Shown in pieces: positions 53,788 to 64,000 of a DNA stretch of 64,000 bases. Position 1 is the stretch's first letter. Each line of letters opens with the position of its first letter. The stretch is taken from assembly GCA_051294375.1 (NCBI GenBank), contig CM119269.1, positions 21,908,815 to 21,972,814 on the forward strand. Reading direction: 5' to 3'. Source of the stretch: Paraspadella gotoi. Its lineage: Eukaryota; Animalia; Chaetognatha. The position numbers were made by a program, and so were the translations under genes. A model generated the notes under the pieces. It ran no database searches and was not told the DNA's origin. It saw only the letters and a program-made list of their open reading frames with translations.

Positions 53788-54462
53788 NNNNNNNNNNNNN
53801 NNNNNNNNNNNNTAAAAATAATAATTTGATGATGCTTCATTGGCCCCGAACGACGGGAATGCCCCGACGGGGACGATGTCCCAAGAAAGGCGTAAAGAGG
53901 GAGAGAGAGAAATGGGGATGAGGCTGCGGGACCGGACCGTTTTCGGAATGAAGTCGAATGAGTCAAAATCACATTTTAAAATAAAACGACAATTGCTGGC
54001 TTTCACAAATGATCACGTGACCACAAAGGAGATTCAATAAAAAATATAAAATTTAACTGATTAAAAATCCTATGATACCTTTAACTTTCGTCTTAACTGA
54101 AATTATGCAGTATTACCCGCTTTATGAGATTTTAAAATGTATGGGGAACAGCCTGATGAACCGACAAATCGACAGACAGACAGACAGACAGACAGACTAC
54201 TAACGGAAAATTGTCTCCAAAAGCTCTCTTCGGACTCAAAATAAAACGGAGGAACCGAGTGAGACTCCGGCAGCGTCTCTCCCGCCCCCTCGCGCGCCAC
54301 ATGGCGAGCGTCAACTTCGGTCCGATATCGGGGCCACGCCCACTGGAGAGGCGTCGTCTCTCTGTTTTCATCCGTCTAATGACACTAGAACCATTTCTGC
54401 TCTTCTTTTATTCATAGAGGCAATTTTCAGATATGAGGGACTCGTTTTTACGTCCTTTCTTT

Positions 54463-54519
<57 letters not shown>

Positions 54520-55099
54520 CTTTTCTTCCTCCTCAATCATTCAAATCGCGAAAATTTTTGTCGTAAATTGACTTCATCTGTTGATAGTTTCTCTTCCTTA
54601 TATTTGTTTAATGCTCATTTGTTTAAATGTCAAAATTTCAATGATTTAAAAACTTAATCAGAAATAATTTTAAAACGATTTGGTGAGACCAAAAATAATT
54701 TTTCCTTAAATTTTAAATTCTTTAAACCTGGAAACAACAATTTTACGCAAATGAGTCAAGAATTATTTAAATAAAACTCATCTAAAATATATCAGATTCG
54801 ATTAATTCTTTTTTTTTTTTTTTAATTTAAAAAAGAAAAAAAAGCAAAAGGAACGGTAATCATTAATTCGAGTTCCTCATCTCCATACGTTTGCTCTTCT
54901 TTTTTTTTTCTCTGTTCCGCGTTTCGGTCGTTAAAAATGCAAATTTTCTCATCGATGCTCTCTTGTTTCAAATTAATTATTGCCTTTAAATCGGGATAAC
55001 GAGGCGGATCGTTTTTTGTTTCAGACTAAAAGGCTTATCTTTCTTGGGTTGTGAGGAGACAGTAATTATTGTTATGTGTTAGTGACAGAACCGTTCAAT

Positions 55100-55250
55100 A
55101 TAAGCAGTCGCTGAGCTTCGGATCAGGCTGTAACACCGTGTTACAGGTGAAGGGCCCCGTCCCTCTTAACTGCTAGAACGACCAATGAGATAGAAACCGG
55201 GACCTTTGAGTTGGAAGGCGAATGACTTGCCTCCGGCACCAATGGCCGCT
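55100..55250 (-). mobile_element. Degenerate tRNA-derived SINE-like sequence
   Basis: Minus strand GCGGCCATTGGTGCCGGAGG..GCCTTCCAA..CCCGGTTTCTATCTC is tRNA-like; downstream palindrome CTGTAACAC-C-GTGTTACAG. Confidence 0.4.
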
Positions 55251-56163
55251 GATGAACGGCTGATGGATTTTAGTCCACCATATTATAAAATTAATTTTAA
55301 ATTATGAAAAAAAATGAGATTTTTTGGCGAAAATCTTTTTGACGACCTTATAATTTATCTAATTGTAACCTCTTTCCATCTTTTCTCATTTTACGTTTGT
55401 TGGTACAGAAGGTTATATCTTAAGCATGAATAATAAATATTCAAGATATTATGCCGTTGGTATCGTCAAATCTAAAATTTCACTTTATTAAAATATTGTT
55501 AGCAGGGATCAACAAATGAGCTCAGTAACAGTGTTTTAAATATGTATACTTAACCTTTAATAAAATGCGAAAGGCATATTTATGTATTTATAGGATGTAT
55601 AATAGAAATAATAAAAATGTATCGATACATAAAATTTTACTTAAATATTAATTAGACAAAGAAAATTAGACTGGGGAGAAATTTTACATTCATATTCAAA
55701 ATTTACAATGCAATTTCAAACCATTTGATAGAATAATATCTTAATTTTAATGTTGACTAAAAAGTTATAAGCACATACCCGTCAACATTTACTTATAAAT
55801 GTTCACAAGAATTTGACACAAATTTTGGTTTGAAATCAAAATATAAACAAATAAGAATCGTGACGGAGTAACAAACAAATTTTATATGATTTCCCCGTAA
55901 ATAATAAATAGCACAACGAAAAGGAGTACATTCAATGAATAAACTAACAATAGTCGCCACTATATTTCCGAAAGTGCCCAATTTCTGTTTTTAATTCTTA
56001 AACTAAATTTTAACCCAAATTCTTAGCCTTAATGCCTAAACCGAAACAAATCTCTAATCCAAAATATTATTCTTTAACTTAAATATTATCCTAATTCTGA
56101 ATTTGAGCAGAAATGGGGTGCTTTTAGAAAATATGGCTTTAACGGTCATCCCCACGTATTATC

Positions 56164-56669
56164 TCATCTGCTTCTCTCAAATTGCAAATTATATCTCGCC
56201 GCAAAGACCTCGATATAGAAGGAAGCCCCGTTCCAAGTCCCCCACGTGTACATGATCGCCAAATAGAGGGCGCTCACCACGTAGTTCTGATAACAAACCC
56301 AAGCGAAGCAATACGTCGACAGCGTGTAGAGACCTTGCACGATCACGAAGATGACTTTGCACTTGAAGGAATCGGGATCGAGCTCCTCATCCGGACCCAA
56401 GAGACGCATCTCGGTGCAGAATCTGGTCACGAGGGTCTTCATGAATCCGGAGCGGTTGCGGACCATGTAGCGGACGGAAGTGGTGAGCGAAGGATCCCGT
56501 CGAAGAAGTGGAGCGAAGAATAAGTCGGTGAGAAGAAGGTAACAGATTTGCCAGATGATGTAGAGAAGAAAGGGTTTGAGAACGAGGTCGGAGAAGGTAA
56601 AGGAGTCGAGGTCGGAGGAAGAGAGTGAGGTCGGAATGAAGGACCAACGGACTAAGTGGACGTAGAGAC
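56164..56669 (-). CDS. GPC1: Glycerophosphocholine acyltransferase (GPCAT, DUF2838), exon 5 (last)
   Basis: CAG acceptor; LYVHLVRW..YIIWQICY..TTSVRYM..WNGASFYIEVF..FERSR-stop; 506 nt, phase matches the previous exon. Confidence 0.88.
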
Positions 56670-57156
56670 CTGGTAAGGGGAAGGTAAGGGTAAAGGGGTA
56701 AAGGTAAGGGGTAAAGGGGTAAGGGTAAGGGGTAAAGGGGTAAAGGTAAGGGGTCTTCTCTTTCAGATCAACTAAACGCTAAAACGATCGATATTAAAAT
56801 TAATGAACAGTAAAATCCCATAAATGGTGACAGTGAATGACCTTAATTATAAAATAAATTATGATATCAGCCGATGTTTAGGTTTTGTAAGTACGTATTG
56901 TTTAAGTTTAAATATTTGATTTTAAAAAATTGTTTAATAAAAACCTTTCGTGCGAAAGATTTTAATTTTTATCTTTTATTTGCCTAGATTTATAATTAAA
57001 GATTTATAGATTTATAGATTTTTATTGTTACCAATTTATAATCTTTATTTTGACGAAGCCTCCTCATATATTATCCGTTAAGCCTGCTCACAGGTGACGG
57101 CGTCCGCTCACAAATACACCTCGCCCACCCTTTAACTGGATTTTTTCCGCCGTCAC

Positions 57157-57313
57157 CTGGAAAGACGTGCAAAAAGAAGGAAGTAAGTTTGTCCAGCGAA
57201 TGAAAGACAAGAGAATTTCGCCAGACGATGATGCCCGTCGTGACTGGACCGAATGCGTTGGAGAAATTAGCTCGAAACCAGGAGGTGGAGGAACCAGCGA
57301 AGATGCCTTGAAG
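57157..57313 (-). CDS. GPC1: GPCAT exon 4
   Basis: AG/GT bounded, 157 nt; LQGIFAGSSTSWFRANFSNAFGPVTTGIIVWRNSLVFHSLDKLTSFFLHVFP contains the family signature WRNSLVFHSxDK. Confidence 0.9.
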
Positions 57314-58225
57314 CTGGGGGAGAGAGGGAGAGGGAGAAAGACAGAGAGAGAGGGAAAGAAAGAATGAATTCGTCTGTCATGTTTTCCTTTCTATTTCAAT
57401 TTGTACATCTACTAACTTGCAATTTTGTATATTTTACTTAATTATTTATTTATGTTATTGAATTAATTTTCCATTCCTTTCTTTAATTATTTCTTTCTTT
57501 CTTTGATTCATTCATTTTTTTTCTTTCTTTCTCCCTAATCCCAATCTTTCTTTCTATCATCCTTTCTTTATTTCTTTCTATCTTCCTTTCTATCTTTCTT
57601 TCTATCCCATTTAACCCTTCACCCTTTAATCTTTCTACCCCAAGAACCGATTCTTCCCAACCTCCCCTCCAGTTCTTTCACATCGCGTTTCCCGCTGATT
57701 TATGAGCTTCACATTTTTCACAGAAAAATGGCGCTTAAATCCAAAGTTTGGAATGAATAGTTTAGTCATAAATCTTTTTCAGAAAGTAAAAACTAACGTT
57801 TAATTAATTTCAAACGTTTGACCGCGGGGCGAAGGGGAAAAACGTTTTCCAGCGTACGATCGGTCGCGGTTTATCAAAAAACTTTAAGCTATAAATTGAA
57901 CAAAAATACATAGCCATTTATGTATATAATTAAATATTTTTAGCCAACATCTGTTGTGGTTAATGTAAAACAAATATTGTAGATAACTTCTGAATTTTTA
58001 TTTTTTATTTCTTATCATTTATTTTTTGATTAAAAAAAGTTTTGATAGCTATAAGCAAACCTAGCTTGTTAGTTTCTTCAGCGCTAAAGAGGGTCAACGC
58101 TTTAGCCAAAACATTTTATTATAAATACTTTTATTGATATTATTTTTTCGTACAGACGGACGGACTGACCGAAAATTCGTCTTAATAAGTCCTCATCATA
58201 CTCGATTTTCAAAAAAGTGACCAAC

Positions 58226-58374
58226 CGTGATGGATAAGTTGACGAAGTAACAAAAATCGATGAGAAAAAATTGAAACTTTTCTCTTGTGTAAAGAACAAA
58301 TCGGACGGCGACCAGTGGCCAGAATACGGCGACGTAATAATAGAAGAAGTAGCGTGGTTTACTGAGGGCAATCC

Positions 58375-58375
<1 letters not shown>
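58226..58375 (-). CDS. GPC1: GPCAT exon 3
   Basis: AG/GT bounded, 150 nt; WIALSKPRYFFYYYVAVFWPLVAVRFVLYTREKFQFFLIDFCYFVNLSIT (DFCYFVN motif). Confidence 0.88.
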
Positions 58376-58465
<90 letters not shown>

Positions 58466-58832
58466 GTAAGGAAGAAGGAGTATTGATTAGATCAGAGATG
58501 GTTGTGATAAGGGGTTAAACAGGTTGCTAAGGTTTTTTGGACAATTTGCAACGGGCTGGCAGTTTAATGCAGTTTAATTTTTAAAAAAAGGGGAAAATTT
58601 TCATCTTCCAAATATTAAAAGAAATAGCTGAGATCGAATCATTTTATTTTTTAATATCAACAAATTTCATTTTGAAATAATATAATTTAATATGCGTTTG
58701 CCTTTACTCATTGCCAATCCGAAGAAAAAAGTCAAAATTAAATTTGGTAAAAAAATATCATTTTGTTCAGAACTCGTAAATTAAGCTTATTACTTTAAAA
58801 CGATAACTTTTTTATGGCGATGACCGACTGAC

Positions 58833-58947
58833 CTCCGTAGCGACGATAAGAACAACGCCAAGAGTAAAGGCTATCTTGTCGGCCAATTTGACGAGCGGCG
58901 GTTCGCGGAGTCGCTCTTTGATTCGATGCTGTTGCTCCTCCATCAGA
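58833..58947 (-). CDS. GPC1: GPCAT exon 2
   Basis: AG/GT bounded, 115 nt; LMEEQQHRIKERLREPPLVKLADKIAFTLGVVLIVATE (DKxxFxLGV motif). Confidence 0.85.
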
Positions 58948-59236
58948 CTGAGAGGGAAAAAAAAAAGATGTTGTGGCTTCTACAATCAGTCATTTGAACA
59001 AGAAAAAATCACGTTTCTTTTCTGGTTTGTTTGTTTTTAAATCTGCTTTTGTTCATTAAGCAGTCTGGAGGGGAAAAAAACTACAGTTGCAGTTTGTGCA
59101 CAGAAATAAGATGTCTCAAGTTCCAGATTTGTATCTAAAACGATGTATTTAGTAACAGTCACGATATAGAGAACTGTTTCAACTGTAAATTTGTTTTGAA
59201 AAAAAATTTGGATTCGTCAAGAAAATAAATGACTGG

Positions 59237-60581
59237 AAAAACAAGTTTGAGCAAACAATGTCGGATCTGCCCACGATCATTATCGGTAATTAATTAATTA
59301 ATAATTAAATAATTAATTAGGCAATTAATTAAATAATTTGATCCGAAATGTTTGTTTTTAGGTTTTTTCGTCACTAACCACGACGAAAGCAATGACGACG
59401 ATGAGAATTATGCCAATAACGATTGACTTGATTGATTGACTGATTTGTTGGTAACGTGGTCTGTGGCCCTCAAAAGATGACGGATAGAGAACTGGATTAT
59501 GCATAATCTGTCTAGTTAGTATTTGAAGTTACCTGAAATAATTGTAGATTGCCCAAGTTGTAAATTGTAATTTTAAACCATGTTAATAAATCGACTTAAT
59601 CCCTTGGAACCAAAAAATGGAATGCACTTAATTCTCTGCCTCCTTCCCGTCTCTCTTCCTTTGTTTATCTAATTCACTAAATGTTTACAAAATAGGAGCC
59701 GAGCTCTGAGAATCTACAGGATATTAAACTTTGAGACTAAGAATATTTAGAGAGACAAAATTTGAAACTAAAAGTTAATTACTAAATGGAGGCTAATTAA
59801 AATATTACTGACAGATTAATTAATTATTGATTAATTAATTAACTAATTGATTAATTTACTGAATAATTATTTAATTAATTAATACATCTTGCATTTACAT
59901 TTACTATAAAAAGAAAAAGAATCATGATCAATTATGGAAACAGGTTTTTTGTTTTTTTCATTTAAACTCATTTCCACTAAAACGATTCCATCGAAACTTG
60001 ATTTCCAGCTTAATCACACACTTTCCTACCCACATACAAAATTTCAGATCAATCGCCCCATCCACTCATGAGCAATTGGTGTTCAAATAATTAAATATAT
60101 TTTTTGTTTTTTCCATTTAAACTCATTTCCATTCGGACGATTCTATCGAAACTTCATTTCCAGTTCAATCACACACTTCCCTACTCCACACAAAATTTAA
60201 ATTCCAATCCATCGATGCAATCACGAGTAATTGGTGTTTTTTGCTAAGGTGGGACGGACGGATGGACAGACGGATGGACGGACGGACAGACGGACAGACA
60301 GACGGACAGACATTTTTTTTGCATAATTTGTAAAAAATCATTTCATAACTGTTTTGCGCTGACGAAGACTAGCAATTAAAGAGTCGAAACTTGTCCATAC
60401 TATTAAAAACAAATTGTTGATGCAATAAAATTTTAAACTTTATTAATAATAATAATTTATCATAATTCGATGTTCTGACATGAAATAAGTTAATGCCCGA
60501 CACTATTGAGGGGGCGGACCAACGGACCGACAAAGTGAATTATAGAGTCGGGATCTGCTGATAAGCAGATCCGACTAAAAA
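59237..60581 (-). mobile_element. Non-autonomous Helentron-type (DINE-1/HINE-like) element, copy 2, in GPC1 intron 1
   Basis: Terminal hairpin GTCGGGATCTGCT-GATA-AGCAGATCCGAC (60547-60575), GGAC/AGAC microsatellite, two ~155-bp internal repeats (59945-60240), opposite subTIR GTCGGATCTGC (59260-59270) with GTTTGAGCAAAC hairpin. Confidence 0.7.
60330..60458 (+). mobile_element. 129-bp insertion carrying a degenerate hammerhead motif (solo pLTR-like)
   Basis: Absent from HINE copy 1; flanked by ATAATTT (60323-60329, 60452-60458); CTGACGA-A-GACT..AGTC-GAAACTTGTC at 60359-60395; AATAAA and (AAT)n tail. Confidence 0.65.
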
Positions 60582-60630
60582 CTAGTTTTCTTCTATAGTA
60601 CAATTTACAAGTTTGTATTCTCAGAGTTCA

Positions 60631-60666
<36 letters not shown>

Positions 60667-60710
60667 ACACGCATTGTACATTCCCCGGCCGCCCCAACAT
60701 TTCAACTCAC

Positions 60711-60736
60711 CGTCGCGCGTTGGCTGAGTTCAGCAT
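60711..60736 (-). CDS. GPC1: GPCAT probable first coding exon (MLNSANAR)
   Basis: AAAATG context and strong donor GTGAGT; 26 nt gives phase 2, matching exon 2; total CDS 954 nt = 317 aa + stop. An acceptor 34 nt upstream means further 5' exons are possible. Confidence 0.6.
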
Positions 60737-60928
60737 TTTTCCTCCAATTTTTTTTCCACACAAAATAAAACTGCAAAGTTATTTTTTCTCTTTAGGCAAA
60801 AAATTCAATTTTCGATCTCAAGTTGAAAAAGAAAAAAAAAAAGACGTAAAAAGTCGGATAATTTTCAAGAGAGAAAAAACGAAAGAAAGAACTTCAACTG
60901 GTTCTCTTCGGAAAATTATTTTTTAGCG

Positions 60929-60990
<62 letters not shown>

Positions 60991-62408
60991 CTAAAACTGA
61001 AATTGTGGTCGTCATTCTGTTTTTTATCGTTGATTTTTGAGATAACGGCGATTCGTCGGAAAACTGATAGGTCACATTTTCCCAAAAAATGCCACATTTC
61101 AATTTTCATTTAGAATTAAATAAGTTTTCAAGTTTAAATATTTGGTTAAAGGTTAAGAGTTAAGGTTAAGCTAAGTATTTGGGTTAAAAGTTAAGGATTT
61201 AATCAAAGATTTGGTTGAGATTTGATAAACAACGAGTTGAGAAAAAAAAGGGTTAAGGTTCTTTATAGAGAAAAGTTGAGACACTGAATTGAAGTCAAAG
61301 GACGATGTTGCTATGGAGATTTTAAAGAATTAACTCACATTGGGTCGATATTTTTTGGTCATAGTAGTTGACCTTTTTTGACCAGTCATTTCACCGTGAA
61401 AAAATAATACTTAGTTTTAGCTATCGAGTTTTCTATTTATTGGAAAATTATATACATGCGTTACCGATATTTATTCTTTTCTTTGTTTATTTTTCTACGT
61501 TGACTGAAAGTTTTCGGGCATAATTTTTAAAGTTTGATTTATAAAGTTTATTTCAAGGACACTCAAAGTTGATTAATTGAATTAATTTAATTAAAATTTT
61601 CTGTACCCTGTATGCATCTTTCTTAACGCCGTTTAAAGTAGAATTTAATTTATCAATTTATAAAAATGCTTTTTAGACAGTTAATATGGTCGTTAAAGGT
61701 CATTTTAAAAATTCCAGATTAGTTTTGAGCGAATAGGGATTTTTTTCTGTTCCTGATAAAGTAGTTCCAACTCTCCGAAAACACCTTTATCTTTTTTCCA
61801 GCACGCACCGGATCGTTCCCCTTAATTACCCAGCGGCCCCGGGGATCGAACTTCGGTCTTCTGGTTTCTGTGATAATCTTTCAATGAAACACAAAAACCA
61901 GTGGATGCGGCAAATATACGCTTTTAAGGGATTAAGCTAAACTGTTACTACGGACACGGCGTAACATTTTGCAACGAACTAAGACAAAATTTAAATAATA
62001 TTTTTTGCATTATTTTTTATTGAATCATTTTTCCAACGTGCATCATTTTTAAAATTTTTATCATTTATTTCAAATTGAATATTTTGTTAAATTTGCATCA
62101 TTTTTTTAATTCGTATGAAGCTAAAGCGATTTACAAAAAAATATTAAAAAATAAGAATTTAACCGAAAATTGTGAAATTTCGAATTTAATTTTTATGGAC
62201 TTTAGTATCAAACTTTTTTCATCAACATAATATATGAATATTTCTATCAAAAGTAATAAAAAGGTTCAGAATCTACTGGGAAGAAAGAGAGAGAGAGAGA
62301 GAGAGTGAGAGAGAAGAGAGTAGAGAGAGAGAGGGAAAGATGAGAGAGAGAGATAGAGAGGGACAGAGGAGGGATAGAGAGAGAGATAGAGAGAGAGTGA
62401 GGAGAGAC

Positions 62409-62443
<35 letters not shown>

Positions 62444-62499
62444 AATTTCAACAGAAACAAAAAAAGCGGAAAAAAAGAACCAAAGGGTCGAAACGATCG

Positions 62500-63085
62500 G
62501 AGATGAGAAGCGGAGAGGAGAAGCGATAGGAGCGAAAATGAGAAGCGATAGGAGTGAAGATAATCAATAGGACCGCATTGGAAAGAAGAGCAGAAGCTAT
62601 AGTAGCGAAAAGGGCAAGCGATAGGAGCGAAATAGAAAAGCGATAGGAGCGGAGAAGAAAAGCGTTAGAAGCAGAGATGAGAAGCGATTGTAGCTAAAAA
62701 AAAGAGAAGCAATAGGAGCGGAGAAAAAAAGCAATAGGAGCGAATAGGAGAAGCGATTGGAGCGAAAAAGAAAAGCGATAGGAGTTGATAAGAAAAGCGA
62801 TAGGAGTGGATTTCAACGGAAACCAAAAGTTATAGGAGCGAAAAGGAGAAGCGATTGAAATGGGAAGGAATTGAAAAGAGCAGCAATAGGAGCGGAGAAA
62901 AACAGCAAAAGAAGCAGAGTGGAGCAGCAATAGGAGCGAAGAAAAGCAGCAAAAGAAGTAAGAGGAGCAGAGTGGGGGAGAAAAAGTAGCAAGAGGAGCA
63001 GAGTGGAGCAACAATAGGAGCGGAGAAAAGCAGCAAAAGGAGCAAGAGGAGCAGAGTGGATCCGCAAAAGGAGCAGAGTGGAGCA
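62500..63085. repeat. Degenerate ~21-bp purine-rich minisatellite (AAGCGATAGGAGCGGAGA-like)
   Basis: Directly visible; explains the Leu/Ser/Phe-rich ORFs. Confidence 0.8.
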
Positions 63086-64000
63086 GAGAATCTTAATCGG
63101 GAGATTTGTATTCATAGAAGGAAGAGGAGGCTGACAGCCGAAACAGATAGGCCGAAGAGGCGATCCAAATTGTCTCAATCCTTCTCTCTCTCTCTCTCTC
63201 TCTCTCGTATCTCTATATCTCCTCTCTCTCTTCTCTCTCTCTCTTCTCTTCTCTCTCTCTCTCTTTTCTTTCTTTTCACTTTTTTGGTCCCACCTCCTTC
63301 CCTTCTTTTTGCTTTTTCCGCATTTCATTACCTTATTTGTCTTTCTCTTCCTTTTCAGTTAATGTTTACTTTTAAAATTATTTTTATTTACTATGCTTTA
63401 TTTTTTATTTTTACGTATTTATTGTATTATTATTGACGTTTCATTACATTTTTACTTACAGCCTTTGCAAATTTTCTCTCACAGCTCACAATTCTGCATC
63501 AATTGCATACCGGTTCACTTACCAGGATTTCGAGCAAGACCAACAGCTTTCAAGAAAGTTATCCAATTTATTGCATAACACTTAACCCTTTCTGAAGAAT
63601 CATTGTGGCTTGGGAATGGAGAAACCTTTAAAAAATATTTCAGAAAGTTTGAAAATGTTAAATACTCTGTCGTGCCATTGCATGTAGATAACATAGCGTC
63701 CACTAACTTGTGTAACTAACTTATAAAATTACACTTCGGCGCTAAAAAGAGTGACCACTTTTTTCACACAGAAATAATCCGTATTGGATGGCTGAATTTT
63801 ACAGAGATATATAAACATAAAACAAAGCTTATTAAAAGATAGGTTCAAGTCCCGATAAAATCGAACGAAGCGTTCAAAAATTAAAGGACCTTCAAAATCT
63901 GTTGGTTTTATGTATTATGTAGTTTATATTTTATTTTTAAAAATTTAGACTATTACAAGTTATTTTGCCATTTTCATTATATCGAATCATATTCTATAAT

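Noticed and set aside
60576-60586. Canonical Helitron 3' end (hairpin + CTAG)
   Set aside because: CTAG is not conserved in copy 1; the subTIR arrangement fits the Helentron/DINE-1 type better.
63515-63703. 62-aa ORF with a possible exon (63522-63625, AG..GTAAGT) as an upstream GPC1 exon
   Set aside because: No recognisable homology, and its phase (1) does not match the phase-2 entry needed at the acceptor near 60770.

Overview
AT-rich, microsatellite-dense eukaryotic DNA, probably from an invertebrate animal. It comes from a gapped assembly, and several stretches look like uncorrected long-read sequence (dense 1-2 nt indels). I can reconstruct one host gene: a 5-exon, ~317-aa glycerophosphocholine acyltransferase (GPC1/GPCAT, DUF2838) on the minus strand (56164-60736). 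Mobile and repetitive content includes a full-length but frameshift-riddled Gypsy LTR element of CsRn1/Kabuki/Boudicca type (15907-21654, tRNA-Trp PBS, CCGG TSD) whose empty site is also present at ~4233. There are also two Helentron-type (DINE-1/HINE-like) non-autonomous elements with different cargo, several tRNA-derived SINE heads, a LINE 3' fragment, a ~520-600 bp satellite, an ~8.2 kb tandem duplication and three noisy inverted duplications. The most unusual items are: (i) a 12 x 69 bp array built from the 3' half of tRNA-Leu including CCA, bracketed by an 11-bp direct repeat (36046-36891); (ii) two minimal Penelope-type hammerhead ribozyme motifs (27392, 60355), the second in a discrete 129-bp insertion; (iii) a 29-bp minisatellite whose reverse strand repeats the hammerhead core CUGAAGA..GAAAC. 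Most ORFs in the supplied track are microsatellite or tandem-repeat artefacts. All calls are by eye; no searches were run.
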